From a virus: a stretch of 64,000 bases of DNA. The stretch covers positions 1 through 64,000 of the IMG/VR virus record IMGVR_UViG_3300032006_000003. One strand, 5' to 3'. Position 1 is the first letter of the stretch, and the number at the start of each line of letters is the position of its first letter. Positions 1-9,547 of this stretch are shown one piece after another. The notes under the pieces were generated by a model. That model ran no database searches. It saw only the letters and a program-made list of their open reading frames with translations, and had not been told where the DNA came from. The translations under genes and the position numbers were made by a program.

Positions 1-158
1 TCTTCTGTTCCATATGGAGCAGTAGTATTATGTTGTGGTTTCCTACAAGTAGTACATTGATGAACACTACATCTATCTAAGCATACTACTGTATTACTAT
101 TGCAATACTTGCATACTATTTCATCGTTACTATTAAATTGCATTCCTCTTGTCACCAT
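1..158 (-). CDS. Zn-ribbon protein (partial, runs off window)
   Basis: Manual translation MVTRGMQFNSNDEIVCKYCNS...CTTCRKP; GAGGAG RBS; two CxxC pairs. Confidence 0.6.
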   Translation of the reverse strand, partial: MVTRGMQFNSNDEIVCKYCNSNTVVCLDRCSVHQCTTCRKPQHNTTAPYGTE

Positions 159-290
159 ATCTTTGCTCCTCTTTAGTAATAACTTAACTTGTTTGTATTC
201 TTGTGGTCAATATATAGTAGCTAGTAAGTAGTCACCACTACATGTAGTAGAGTAGTTATATAATCTCCTTTATATATAACTTCTTTATAT

Positions 291-836
291 TTAATGATCT
301 ATATACTTAATCTTATCCTTCATTGATTGGTATTCCTCATAGGTATCTGGATAGTATGGTAATCGCATATCTTTGTCCTTCCCCGATTCTCTTTCAGCTA
401 TACTAATAGCATCATCCTCTAGAAACTCTATACTTCCTGCTAAACTATCCATACAAGTAGGATGGCATATCTCATCAGAAGAAGTTACTAGACTATTATG
501 CAATAGTTCTTTCACTATACCTATTACTGTATCCAAAGTAGGGACAGTAGCCCAATACTTATGGTCTTTTATAATATCCTTCTCCCAATCTATATTTTCC
601 TTTGTTCTAAGAATAGCTACTATCTCTCTAGTAAGCTGAAGTTCACTAACAATCCATAGTAATACTTGACTACTAACATTTACACTAGGTATGTCATATT
701 CTTCTGGTGAGTTAGCTACTTCTTCATGAATACAATCAGTACCATATCCACCACAACAGCCATACTCTATTGCATGGATATACTTACCGTCTTCTGTTTC
801 TTGATGACTATCTATTCTTACTCTATTCGTTACCAT
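291..836 (-). CDS. hypothetical protein
   Basis: ORF track; start moved to MVTNRV, which overlaps the upstream stop (TAATG). Confidence 0.65.
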   Translation of the reverse strand: MVTNRVRIDSHQETEDGKYIHAIEYGCCGGYGTDCIHEEVANSPEEYDIPSVNVSSQVLLWIVSELQLTREIVAILRTKENIDWEKDIIKDHKYWATVPTLDTVIGIVKELLHNSLVTSSDEICHPTCMDSLAGSIEFLEDDAISIAERESGKDKDMRLPYYPDTYEEYQSMKDKIKYIDH

Positions 837-982
837 TATCTTTGCTCCCATGTATTCTTTGTTGATCCGCATTCTATACACACATCTTCTATAAAGATTC
901 TATGGTCAAAGCAGTAGTTACCATCTGCATCTAGTATCTCTGCTTCACCATCTAGTAAATCTCTAAGGTCATCTATATCCAT
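836..982 (-). CDS. small Cys/His protein (48 aa)
   Basis: Manual translation MDIDDLRDLLDGEAEILDADGNYCFDHRIFIEDVCIECGSTKNTWEQR; TAATG coupling at both ends. Confidence 0.65.
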   Translation of the reverse strand: MDIDDLRDLLDGEAEILDADGNYCFDHRIFIEDVCIECGSTKNTWEQR

Positions 983-1185
983 TACTTGAATGCCCCCACA
1001 CTCTTTACTAATGTATCTCTATCCAAACTTATATCTATCTTTACTGGTTGTCGCTTACCGTCTACTACTGCTTCGCCCTGTATAGCTACTACGATATAAT
1101 CCGATTGGCTAGTACCTCTATGTACTGTAATAGTTCGATCTGTACCACGATTGTCATATAGCTTTGTAGTTAGTTTGCCACTCAT
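982..1185 (-). CDS. hypothetical protein
   Basis: ORF track, GGAG RBS. Confidence 0.65.
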   Translation of the reverse strand: MSGKLTTKLYDNRGTDRTITVHRGTSQSDYIVVAIQGEAVVDGKRQPVKIDISLDRDTLVKSVGAFK

Positions 1186-1221
1186 AATATTACTTCTCCA
1201 GTTGTCCTTTGTGTATAAGTA

Positions 1222-1342
1222 AAGGGACTAGGGTAAAGGAGAAACCCTAGCCCCAGAATCCTTACTAGTTAAAAAACCCTCTATTGCAGTAGAGGTAACA
1301 ATCCCTAGTAAGGTAGGAAGTGAATACTGGCATACTCACCTT
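1222..1342 (-). ncRNA. candidate structured RNA (three consecutive hairpins)
   Basis: GTGAGTA/TATTCAC; CCTTACTAG..CCTCTA/TAGAGG..CTAGTAAGG; GGGGCTAGGGT/ACCCTAGTCCC. G-U pairs favour the minus strand. Confidence 0.4.
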
Positions 1343-1359
1343 TGTTATGAAACAATTAT

Positions 1360-1470
1360 TCAGAAGTACCTCCACACTATTACTCTAGTAAATCCTTTGA
1401 ATACGAATACTCGATTACGAGTACCGAAATTATCCTTATATGGATTGAGATGATTAAGAGTAAGTACCAT
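1360..1470 (-). CDS. possible 36-aa protein
   Basis: Manual translation MVLTLNHLNPYKDNFGTRNRVFVFKGFTRVIVWRYF, overlapping the upstream gene end. Confidence 0.35.
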   Translation of the reverse strand: MVLTLNHLNPYKDNFGTRNRVFVFKGFTRVIVWRYF

Positions 1471-1888
1471 TAGCTTCTCTTACTGCATCGTCTTCTGCTA
1501 CTGCTTTACGTTGTAACTGATCCAATACTCTAATGTCCCCATAAATATAATTACTATTCATTAGAAACTCTAACTCTTGTTTGAGTGAGTTATCTGGTGT
1601 TGCTTGAAAAGGAATAATCTCTAAGCTATAAGCCTTACCAGTAGTATCCATAGGTAAAGGAATATGGTCTATTATTTCAGCCAATGCTTTACGAGGACTA
1701 GTAGCTACTACATGCCATATCTTTAAGAAGCCACGATGTTGATAGACTTTTTCTTCTTCTGAACTATTACAATCTATTGCTTTCGGAAAGACTGTTTTAA
1801 TCGTATCAATCGCCTCCATATCGTGCCATCCATATTCTTCATCTCTTACTAATACTGTATACAAATCTACTGTAAACTTGATAGTCAT
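1454..1888 (-). CDS. hypothetical early protein
   Basis: ORF track; start moved to MTIKF after the AAGGAG RBS, because the longer start reads through a promoter. Confidence 0.7.
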   Translation of the reverse strand: MTIKFTVDLYTVLVRDEEYGWHDMEAIDTIKTVFPKAIDCNSSEEEKVYQHRGFLKIWHVVATSPRKALAEIIDHIPLPMDTTGKAYSLEIIPFQATPDNSLKQELEFLMNSNYIYGDIRVLDQLQRKAVAEDDAVREANGTYS

Positions 1889-1937
1889 ACTATCTACTAC
1901 TCCTTCGGGCTTCTGCCCACTTTTGGTTGATGTCGCC

Positions 1938-1975
1938 ATTGTACGACCGAACCGACAACACCACAAGGTGGTGCA
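1938..1975 (-). promoter_or_regulatory. early promoter copy 1
   Basis: CACCACC-TTGTGG-17 nt-TACAAT. Confidence 0.75.
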
Positions 1976-2068
1976 TATAAGTATATATAAATATCTAATA
2001 TCCTCTATAAGTAATAACCTTTATAAGTAACAAACCCCCAAGCGAAAATAATATAAGGTCTAGCATTA

Positions 2069-2617
2069 TTATTCAGCACCCCAACTACCTATTCCCTTCC
2101 AATAAGGTTCCTTCCTTTCCAGTAAGTCTACTGTTTCCACTAGTTTCCAACCCCCATCAGGATTAGTCATACCAAAGAATTCCATAGCATGACTTCCATC
2201 GTCATACTGCTTCTCATAGATATGCATTAGATCAGTTTCTTTTTCCTTATCCTTCTCAAAGGCATAAGCAAACTCTGCTCCACAATTAGTTAGATTAGTA
2301 AAGGGTTCATCTACTGTCTCTTGTCTATCCCCATGACAGAAACACATAGGAGCATTCATCTCTTTACCTTTTACATAGTCCGATACATATCCTATAGGCT
2401 GAGTCCAATCTACTCCATTGATACTAGACCATCCAGTTGGATGGGCATCAATTAGTAAATCTAACATATCTTCTAATGTTCCTTCTTGATCTACTGCAAT
2501 ACTCTTATATATATGCCATAGACTATAACCTAATCCACTAGGATAGCCATCCCAATGATGGTAAGTACCTTCAAAACCTTCTTCTGTTTTCCTTGCTATT
2601 ATTGAACGAGTAGACAT
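2069..2617 (-). CDS. conserved phage hypothetical protein
   Basis: MSTRSIIA...YHHWDGYP N-terminal motif, recognised from phage early genes. Confidence 0.75.
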   Translation of the reverse strand: MSTRSIIARKTEEGFEGTYHHWDGYPSGLGYSLWHIYKSIAVDQEGTLEDMLDLLIDAHPTGWSSINGVDWTQPIGYVSDYVKGKEMNAPMCFCHGDRQETVDEPFTNLTNCGAEFAYAFEKDKEKETDLMHIYEKQYDDGSHAMEFFGMTNPDGGWKLVETVDLLERKEPYWKGIGSWGAE

Positions 2618-2712
2618 TTACTTCTCCCTAATGATTATCCCAATAACTAATTGAATGCTTATGATCATCGTCTGGTGGATCGTATAAGAACTTTAATATC
2701 TTTTGCCATAGC

Positions 2713-2898
2713 TTATGAATATACTTCATCACTCATATCCTTTTCACATACTGAACATTCCCATCCAGTAAACTCATTGCAACCAATACACATCCCTTCT
2801 ATGTCAGAATGTTCTCCACTACCGCAACACATACTAACTGCATCAAGATGTCCTTCTTTCAAACAATCATATTCTTTAGGAACATCTACTAAACTCAT
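2713..2898 (-). CDS. small Cys-rich protein
   Basis: SMCCG..CIGC..CSVC; ATGA overlap with upstream stop. Confidence 0.6.
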   Translation of the reverse strand: MSLVDVPKEYDCLKEGHLDAVSMCCGSGEHSDIEGMCIGCNEFTGWECSVCEKDMSDEVYS

Positions 2899-3254
2899 AC
2901 TATTACACTCCCACAACGACAACTGTAATCCTTCTCACAGTTTAATACTACGTGGTACTGACCTATACAGAAGGTAGGATGCCCTAGTTCTTTTTCTAAA
3001 GTACCTAGTGGAATGTTGTATATGTTTTCCTCTATATACTTATAGTCTTCGATATCACTTACTTCTCGATAAGGCATTTCTACTTTTTCCATATCGCTAA
3101 TCAAATCAAGTAAGCATCCGTAATCATTGTCGTACATTCTACTAAGTAAGAAGGCTCCTCTTATATGCCTAAAGATAAACTCGAAAGGATCAGCTACTCC
3201 TCTACTATTCTCTCTAGGCTCTGGAAGATTGACTTTGTATATACCGTTATCCAT
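2895..3254 (-). CDS. hypothetical protein
   Basis: ORF track, coupled to neighbours. Confidence 0.6.
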   Translation of the reverse strand: MDNGIYKVNLPEPRENSRGVADPFEFIFRHIRGAFLLSRMYDNDYGCLLDLISDMEKVEMPYREVSDIEDYKYIEENIYNIPLGTLEKELGHPTFCIGQYHVVLNCEKDYSCRCGSVIV

Positions 3255-3643
3255 TATTTGCCCCCGTTCTTTTTTCTAGAGTTTGCAATTGCTTCTATGT
3301 AATCAACGTCTGGTTTTATATTAGTAGCACTACTCTTTCGAGTAGCGTATCTAGCAGAGAATCTATCAGCGGGATACATACTTTGCATAATCCCTTCATC
3401 TCTATCCATCCGATCTAAGGCTCTCTGTTTACCTAGTGATGTACTACGAGTACCTAATACTTGATTCAATGCTTTGAATCCCGATGTGGGCATATTGATT
3501 GTACTCCAATAAACTTCAGCCCTAGTACCAAAAGAACTAAGCCTACTACCATCACTCATAGCATCAGGTAATCTGGTATATTTTAGTTCATCGGGATTAG
3601 GTTTATAGCCCATTAGTAATTCTATGGCGGTAGGTCTTTTCAT
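3254..3643 (-). CDS. hypothetical protein
   Basis: ORF track, ATGA coupling. Confidence 0.6.
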   Translation of the reverse strand: MKRPTAIELLMGYKPNPDELKYTRLPDAMSDGSRLSSFGTRAEVYWSTINMPTSGFKALNQVLGTRSTSLGKQRALDRMDRDEGIMQSMYPADRFSARYATRKSSATNIKPDVDYIEAIANSRKKNGGK

Positions 3644-3948
3644 GGTCTTAGTCCTCTATCTATTAGTTCTCTTGGTATCTCACTTAGTATCTCTGGTAAA
3701 CCTTTCTCTATATCTACTCCTCCTCTAAAGCGAACCTTTAATCTTAATCCAGTAGGTACATGACATACGATTATATACTCAGGGTCATGAAAGTCTGAGT
3801 ATCCTATATATACTTCATCACTAATCTTACAGTAGCAATGAAACCAATCATTCTTTTCAGCGAATGGTTTCTCACCTTCCTCTAAGAAAGGCATCTGTTC
3901 AATAGTAGCTTCACTATTAGGTATTAGTTTATTCATCAGAGGTTTCAT
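3640..3948 (-). CDS. hypothetical protein
   Basis: ORF track, AAGGAG RBS. Confidence 0.6.
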   Translation of the reverse strand: MKPLMNKLIPNSEATIEQMPFLEEGEKPFAEKNDWFHCYCKISDEVYIGYSDFHDPEYIIVCHVPTGLRLKVRFRGGVDIEKGLPEILSEIPRELIDRGLRP

Positions 3949-4207
3949 AATTACTCCTTCTACTGCCTCTTAATGTAAATGGAAATCTATTAACATGAGG
4001 ATCATCAGCATTACTAATAGGTCTATTGTTATAGCCTACATCAAACATCTGATGTACCTTATTGTCACCACAATACTTACATACACCTACTGGAGTTTTG
4101 TCTCCATTAGGTAAAGGTAATATAAAGTGGTGGTAGTTTGTTGGGCTATCTCCACAAACATCTAACTGTACTTCTACTTTAGTATAATCTTTAACGCCTC
4201 TCGCCAT
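3929..4207 (-). CDS. small Zn-binding protein
   Basis: C..HHF..CKYC motif; AAGGAG RBS. Confidence 0.6.
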   Translation of the reverse strand: MARGVKDYTKVEVQLDVCGDSPTNYHHFILPLPNGDKTPVGVCKYCGDNKVHQMFDVGYNNRPISNADDPHVNRFPFTLRGSRRSNYETSDE

Positions 4208-4270
4208 TTATAACTCCTTTAACTTTAACTATTCGACCCTTCTTAATTCTTCCTACTACTTTAATGTATC

Positions 4271-4921
4271 TCATGTTGACTTCGCATACTTATATTGATT
4301 TCTAAACTCAGCCCATGTTACTGCTTGAATAACATTAACTGGAAGATTAAACTCTCTAGCTACTTTGAAATTGGCATTACTAATACGCCTAGTTACTCTC
4401 CAGTACCCTAAGTAATGTCGCTGAAACTCTTTCAATGGTTTGCCATAGTACACTCCCCCTACGTGTCTATCGACTACTGCCAACTTTACTGGCTTACGAA
4501 AGCCCATTAGATCAGTTACCTCATTATCCTCATCGGGACTTAGTATAGCTTTGAAGAAAGGCTTTACTTTATAACTAGTCCTACCCATTACTGTCATAGG
4601 GTCATGACCAGCTACTAGTAAAGATGCTTTAGCATTGTTAATCTGAGTCTGGTTCTGTACCCATCCAGTATTAACATACTCGAAGGCATACTCTACATTC
4701 TTATCCCAATCAGTACGTGGAGAAAAGACTGCAATGATTGCACTCCCTACCTTAGTAGCCTCATATCCTGTTAGACCCAATTGATAGCCTACTTCAGTAG
4801 CTATATTATGGGCATTGTAATAGAAGTTACTACCATATTCTTTCGCTTCTTCACTACTACCCTCGAACCATTCATATACATTCTTCCAACTACCTTTGAT
4901 TAAGTTGTCTGGTTTAGGCAT
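4271..4921 (-). CDS. conserved phage protein (DUF7178-like, HhH-GPD-like motif)
   Basis: AIIAVFSPRTDWDKNV, VVDRH and QAVTW motifs. Confidence 0.55.
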   Translation of the reverse strand: MPKPDNLIKGSWKNVYEWFEGSSEEAKEYGSNFYYNAHNIATEVGYQLGLTGYEATKVGSAIIAVFSPRTDWDKNVEYAFEYVNTGWVQNQTQINNAKASLLVAGHDPMTVMGRTSYKVKPFFKAILSPDEDNEVTDLMGFRKPVKLAVVDRHVGGVYYGKPLKEFQRHYLGYWRVTRRISNANFKVAREFNLPVNVIQAVTWAEFRNQYKYAKST

Positions 4922-5118
4922 TGTTCTCTCCTACTAATTTCTTCTAATAGTAATCCTATAATCTTATGTCTACTCCCACTCCATCCAAATTCTTTCTTAA
5001 CTATTGTCAGGCAACTCCTCCCTTTACTTACTTTTATCCCTTGACCTTCTAATCGAAGACCCCTAAGTAGAGTCATTAGTCTAAATAGGGGTATCTGTTC
5101 TCCAGTAATCATAGTCAT
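4900..5118 (-). CDS. hypothetical protein
   Basis: ORF track, GGAG RBS. Confidence 0.6.
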   Translation of the reverse strand: MTMITGEQIPLFRLMTLLRGLRLEGQGIKVSKGRSCLTIVKKEFGWSGSRHKIIGLLLEEISRREQCLNQTT

Positions 5119-5127
5119 GGCTATCTC

Positions 5128-5406
5128 CTATACGTAATGATATGCCCACTTCTTTATAATATCTTGCGGTAAATCTAATGCAGTAGCAATCTCCTTATGA
5201 GTATAAGTTATGTTTGACTTTAATAGTTCTAACGCAATAGCCTTAGTATCTGTTTCAAGGTATTGCTCTCGACCACATTGAAAACATTGGTAGTATTTAT
5301 ATTCTATTGCTACATCCTTATGAGAAGTAACGTCCTGCTCCAATGTCATTTGACCATCACACCTACTACATATTGTCTTGAATTTCAAATTCTTCTCCAT
5401 CCGCAA
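5128..5406 (-). CDS. Zn-ribbon + HTH protein
   Basis: CSRC..CFQC, then THKEIATALDL..IKKW. Confidence 0.65.
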   Translation of the reverse strand: MRMEKNLKFKTICSRCDGQMTLEQDVTSHKDVAIEYKYYQCFQCGREQYLETDTKAIALELLKSNITYTHKEIATALDLPQDIIKKWAYHYV

Positions 5407-5656
5407 CTAAGTTTGTAAGACCATCAATATCAATCATCCTATATGCTTTCTTCTGCATATCGAATACTCCTACTAAGTTTCTCTCAGCAGGCTTATACTT
5501 TAGTTCACCCCCTTTAAGATGTTTAGTAACACCTAGTCTACAATTCATAGTTCTTTCTTCTCCAGTAGTTCTCTTCTTAAACCTAGCAGTAAAGACTCGA
5601 CCCCTACTTTTAACTATTCTATCTACTGCATCTTTACGACTAATTATTCTTACCAC
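5366..5656 (-). CDS. SH3/WYL-like beta-barrel protein (DUF2693-like)
   Basis: FTARFKKRTTGEERTM...VFDMQKKAYRMI. Confidence 0.6.
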   Translation of the reverse strand: MVRIISRKDAVDRIVKSRGRVFTARFKKRTTGEERTMNCRLGVTKHLKGGELKYKPAERNLVGVFDMQKKAYRMIDIDGLTNLVADGEEFEIQDNM

Positions 5657-5922
5657 GGTAAATCATCTCCTTCTACGTCTACACCTACGAGTTCTTCTAA
5701 TTTAGAATGAAAGGTTTCGGTAGCTTCTACTATATCCTTTGCATCTTTTAATCCAAACTCCCATCTAGCACGTACTGCTTTAATGAAGTTAATCTTATTC
5801 TTCCATCCTTCACACTCTTTACGAATAGTTAGTAACTCCTTTATGTCTAACTCTCTATAAGTAAAACCTCTACCATTACATTGATGACATCTAGCATGGA
5901 AATCTATAGTTTCTCTATTCAT
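5650..5922 (-). CDS. ribosomal L7/L12 C-terminal-like domain protein
   Basis: KINFIKAVRARWEFGLKDAKDIVE, preceded by CHQCNGRG. Confidence 0.65.
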   Translation of the reverse strand: MNRETIDFHARCHQCNGRGFTYRELDIKELLTIRKECEGWKNKINFIKAVRARWEFGLKDAKDIVEATETFHSKLEELVGVDVEGDDLPW

Positions 5923-6316
5923 CTTTCTTCTCCTCAAAAGCCTGTTTGAATATCTCTGGTATTGCTGTACCCCCTAAACTGTCATTCATCTGATCAATCT
6001 TTTCTAACACCTCCTCTTGAGTTAATCCCCTATTACCCATAGCTATGTCTGCTGACATATTCATTAAGCTAATAACATTATTCGTAACGTAACTGAGTAT
6101 AGATATTGCTGTAGTATCTTGAGAAGTAGCATACGTGGCTACTAATGAATTGACTAACACTTCAAATTGCAGGGCAGTTATTGCTAGTGGATGCCCCTCA
6201 TTTTTATGGTCAGGTGGTTCATTATGAATAGCTACTTGCATATAAGGTATGCCTGCTTCAGCAACATGGTTTCTTAATTCATCAGCATGGTCTACTAATT
6301 CTTCATAGTCCATCAT
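5915..6316 (-). CDS. hypothetical protein
   Basis: ORF track. Confidence 0.6.
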   Translation of the reverse strand: MMDYEELVDHADELRNHVAEAGIPYMQVAIHNEPPDHKNEGHPLAITALQFEVLVNSLVATYATSQDTTAISILSYVTNNVISLMNMSADIAMGNRGLTQEEVLEKIDQMNDSLGGTAIPEIFKQAFEEKKDE

Positions 6317-6503
6317 TGTACTTTCTTCTCCCTTGCCAATCTGTATTATGTGATCGACAAATGTCTAAGTGTAGGTTAAAGTTTTTAGTTAGAGTTAAGT
6401 ACCTACGCTCCATTCGCTCTAACTTTGCCCTATAGTTTTCTTTCTCCTCCTTCTCTGTTTGATATTGACGGTAAACAAATAATATCCCCTCAACATTATC
6501 CAT
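6303..6503 (-). CDS. hypothetical protein
   Basis: ORF track. Confidence 0.55.
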   Translation of the reverse strand: MDNVEGILFVYRQYQTEKEEKENYRAKLERMERRYLTLTKNFNLHLDICRSHNTDWQGRRKYNDGL

Positions 6504-6735
6504 GTTTATTCTCCCAATTACCCATACAACTACTACATATATAATGCTCTTTATAGTTACGGTTTATGTCCTCTACCCAAACCATTCTAGAGTTAGGACT
6601 ATTACTATCGGAACCACATAAACTACATTTGTAATAGCCATACTTGTCTGCTTTAAGTTGTCTAGGAAAAGGCGAATCACTATCTAACATCTTATAGCTA
6701 GGTCTATTGTCATACTTATTTACTACTCTAAACAT
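6496..6735 (-). CDS. small Zn-binding early protein
   Basis: Start MFRVV after AGGAG; CSLC..CSSC. Confidence 0.6.
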   Translation of the reverse strand: MFRVVNKYDNRPSYKMLDSDSPFPRQLKADKYGYYKCSLCGSDSNSPNSRMVWVEDINRNYKEHYICSSCMGNWENKHG

Positions 6736-6771
6736 ACTGTTCTCCTGTGTCCTGTTTTGCCTTGTCCACCC

Positions 6772-6812
6772 ATCGTACCGCATCGCCAACAAGCCCACAA
6801 GGTGGGGTCTAT
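6772..6812 (-). promoter_or_regulatory. early promoter copy 2
   Basis: CCCCACC-TTGTGG-17 nt-TACGAT. Confidence 0.75.
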
Positions 6813-6835
6813 AGGTAATACGTATTTACTAATAA

Positions 6836-7474
6836 TTACCATTGATTTAAGTATCCTGCCATCTGCATACCTTCTTCTCTATAGAACCAACTAATAGTTA
6901 AATCAGGGAACAGCCTTTCTAATTCCTTATAGATTCCTTCGGGTGGACTCCATGCAGTATTGAATGTATAGTTTAAGGAAGACTCATTCCAATCATCGAG
7001 ATAGCTTTCCGATACATTCCATTTCGTTCCCCACTTGTCAAGACACCAATCATACCAGTTATCGGTTCCATACTTGTTAAGTAATTCCTGTTGCCTTTCC
7101 GTAGTTATAGGCATTCCTATTCCTTGTGCTAAATAGTCACTATGCTCTTCCTTCCAAGCATCTACTTCTTCTTGAGTATCAACTACTCTAGCAGGAGAAC
7201 CTGTTCCTATTAAATCATCAGGCATAGGTAAAATACTCATAAAGCTAAAGGGTTCTAGTATTGGATCACAAGTATCCTTGAAAGGATCATCGGGATTACA
7301 TGGGTCTTCTCTATCCACCATATCATTCTTTCCAGTTTCAGCATTCCATTTGAATTCATGTCTTCTACTACAACGACCGTGGTAAGTTTCTTTAGCTTCT
7401 ACAAACTTCTTAAACTTAGTTATATCTTCTTCACTTCCATATACATTTACTTCGTTCTCACACCAATTAGGCAT
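6836..7474 (-). CDS. DUF1281/YubB (Api92-like) ferredoxin-like fold protein
   Basis: MPNWCEN...WYDWCLDKWGTKWN...FNTAWSPP. Confidence 0.75.
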   Translation of the reverse strand: MPNWCENEVNVYGSEEDITKFKKFVEAKETYHGRCSRRHEFKWNAETGKNDMVDREDPCNPDDPFKDTCDPILEPFSFMSILPMPDDLIGTGSPARVVDTQEEVDAWKEEHSDYLAQGIGMPITTERQQELLNKYGTDNWYDWCLDKWGTKWNVSESYLDDWNESSLNYTFNTAWSPPEGIYKELERLFPDLTISWFYREEGMQMAGYLNQW

Positions 7475-7584
7475 AACTACTCTCCATATTTTTATCAAGT
7501 CTACATTTTTATAGGCAAGTATCTGCAATAACTATGAGTATAAAAAAACATACTGCTAGTAAAGCATAGACACTACGTTCAAAT

Positions 7585-7803
7585 TCATTCATGATCTACT
7601 ACGCATAAGTATTCTTCATCGCCCTCCTCTACTATATGCATCAACTCATCTTTATATATATCTACGCCATTATCCTCCAAGAATCTATGGGCTAGTTTTA
7701 TTGTAGTAAATTGTAATTCTTCTCCATTGTCATCAAGTAAGAACTGCTTACCATTCAAACCTATTACTCCATCTTCGGTGTAATCTCTATAGACGTTATA
7801 CAT
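7585..7803 (-). CDS. hypothetical protein
   Basis: ORF track. Confidence 0.55.
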   Translation of the reverse strand: MYNVYRDYTEDGVIGLNGKQFLLDDNGEELQFTTIKLAHRFLEDNGVDIYKDELMHIVEEGDEEYLCVVDHE

Positions 7804-8005
7804 TTGCTATCTCCTGTGTATCTCGGTTAATTACTAATAGGTACTTGCCATCTATTACTAGTCCAACTGATTCTGCCCAAGCATATGCAGATTCCATAGA
7901 GAGAAAACTCTTAGGTTCTTTAGTCTCTTCACTTAGCATTACTTGAACATTACCATCGGTTAAGAATAGAGCCGGGTCTTTTAGTTGTACTATATACCAA
8001 ATCAT
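7796..8005 (-). CDS. hypothetical protein
   Basis: ORF track, ATGA coupling. Confidence 0.55.
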   Translation of the reverse strand: MIWYIVQLKDPALFLTDGNVQVMLSEETKEPKSFLSMESAYAWAESVGLVIDGKYLLVINRDTQEIANV

Positions 8006-8190
8006 CTAGGGTTATCCGTACCTCTTGCGATTCGCTTGAGATCATCTTTACGAATCTTTACACCATTTAATAACTCTTTACCAGTACGATCTTTGACTTG
8101 TAACCAGTAAGTATGTTCAAACACACTATCCCGATTATCAATAAACTCTATGGTATATCCATTCAAGCCACCATCTATTACAAATCTCAT
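8002..8190 (-). CDS. hypothetical protein
   Basis: ORF track, AGGAG RBS. Confidence 0.55.
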   Translation of the reverse strand: MRFVIDGGLNGYTIEFIDNRDSVFEHTYWLQVKDRTGKELLNGVKIRKDDLKRIARGTDNPR

Positions 8191-8229
8191 CTTAACTCTC
8201 CTATACTAATCTTTCTATATAAGTATTCT

Positions 8230-8718
8230 TTAGTCCCACCTCCTTCCCTCGTGGTCTGCATATTCTTTTCTCCAATTATCTATTGCTGATCTAGATATCT
8301 TAATGCCAAACAACTTAATAGAATCCTTCGCAGTTCTTTTAGAAGAGTTTATATTATTAGCATGTTGAGTCGCTTTTATTTTTAACTCTCTGGGGAACTT
8401 GCCCCTATTGAATTGTCGAGTTGAGATTCCTTTAGCTAATAATCCTACAGAAGAATGAGTCATATTAAGTTTCTTCGCAGTAAGCCCTACACCATATTGT
8501 CTTACATATGATTGCACAAGGTTTCTTTTCTTATAGTATTCTCTATCTTTTCTATACTGCTCCTGTTCATATTTTTGTTCTTTAGTATAGGTGGGGTTTC
8601 TCTTAAAGAGTTCAGACTCTATATAACTAATTGCCCCACAAGAAATACATTTATATTGATCCCAATCTACTGTCATTATGCTTTCACAACGAGAGCATTT
8701 CTTTCTAGGTTCTAACAT
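8230..8718 (-). CDS. Zn-ribbon + HTH DNA-binding protein
   Basis: CSRC..CISC; TAKKLNMTHSSV and ISRSAIDNWRK HTH-like segments. Confidence 0.6.
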   Translation of the reverse strand: MLEPRKKCSRCESIMTVDWDQYKCISCGAISYIESELFKRNPTYTKEQKYEQEQYRKDREYYKKRNLVQSYVRQYGVGLTAKKLNMTHSSVGLLAKGISTRQFNRGKFPRELKIKATQHANNINSSKRTAKDSIKLFGIKISRSAIDNWRKEYADHEGRRWD

Positions 8719-8721
8719 CTC

Positions 8722-9066
8722 CTATCCTTTATCTGTATGGTCTACTACTATGTCAGTTCTAAATAGCCTAACTGTATGGTGGTCTACTACTTCACTCCTT
8801 CGTACTTGAACAACATCTACATCCTTGTCAGTTATACGAATCGGATCAGTACGTAGTCGATCCATTATCAATTCAATTGCTGAGTCTTCAGTTATGTCCT
8901 CACACTCGTATACCTGATCTATGAATGTACCTATTACTTTGAACTCTACTTCATACTCTATCTCTTTGTACTTGTCCCAACATGTCTGACATACTTCATT
9001 GCCATCCTTATCGGTTAGTTCTTCCTTACAAAATGTACATATTGACATTAAATACCTTCCTTTCAT
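8722..9066 (-). CDS. Zn-finger protein
   Basis: CTFC..CQTC. Confidence 0.55.
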   Translation of the reverse strand: MKGRYLMSICTFCKEELTDKDGNEVCQTCWDKYKEIEYEVEFKVIGTFIDQVYECEDITEDSAIELIMDRLRTDPIRITDKDVDVVQVRRSEVVDHHTVRLFRTDIVVDHTDKG

Positions 9067-9446
9067 ACATCCCCTAGTGCTTCAATAACTTCTCGACCAC
9101 TTATAAATATTCCATCCTCATAAGCAAACTCAAGTAAAGGACGTTCATATGTTCCATCCCACTTCTCATACCCTATGTAAAGTATATCTATTTCTCCTGC
9201 TATAAACTCTCTTGTCCGATCATTCAAATTAAATCTTCTAATATCAGAGTAAGCAGTATTCAATTCAGTATGCCCTAGATAACTACAGGAGCAATGACTC
9301 TGACTTTTAGTTAACGGTGTTGTAATAGGATCATCTATTCCACACCTATGTTCTCCTTCATGGGATATCTTCTCCCATATGAATCCTGTATCTCCATCTA
9401 CTTTTAATGTAGCTTCACTACCTGTTACTAGTATTGACTTCTTCAT
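9063..9446 (-). CDS. hypothetical protein
   Basis: ORF track, GGAGG RBS. Confidence 0.6.
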   Translation of the reverse strand: MKKSILVTGSEATLKVDGDTGFIWEKISHEGEHRCGIDDPITTPLTKSQSHCSCSYLGHTELNTAYSDIRRFNLNDRTREFIAGEIDILYIGYEKWDGTYERPLLEFAYEDGIFISGREVIEALGDV

Positions 9447-9547
9447 TACTCACCTCCATTCTTACAATATTTACAAAGCCATTCATTAGGATCGTTATGG
9501 TCACGACCACATTTATTACATACATATATAGCAACTGGTTCATCCAT
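9446..9547 (-). CDS. Zn-finger microprotein (33 aa)
   Basis: MDEPVAIYVCNKC..CKYC; the longer ORF-track start overlaps the neighbouring gene. Confidence 0.5.
   Translation of the reverse strand: MDEPVAIYVCNKCGRDHNDPNEWLCKYCKNGGE

Noticed and set aside
1889-1966. N-terminal extensions such as MWCCRFG, MGLLAMR, MWACRRW and MWWWLAR on early ORFs
   Set aside because: They are translations of the repeated promoter. Proper RBS and ATG pairs lie downstream.
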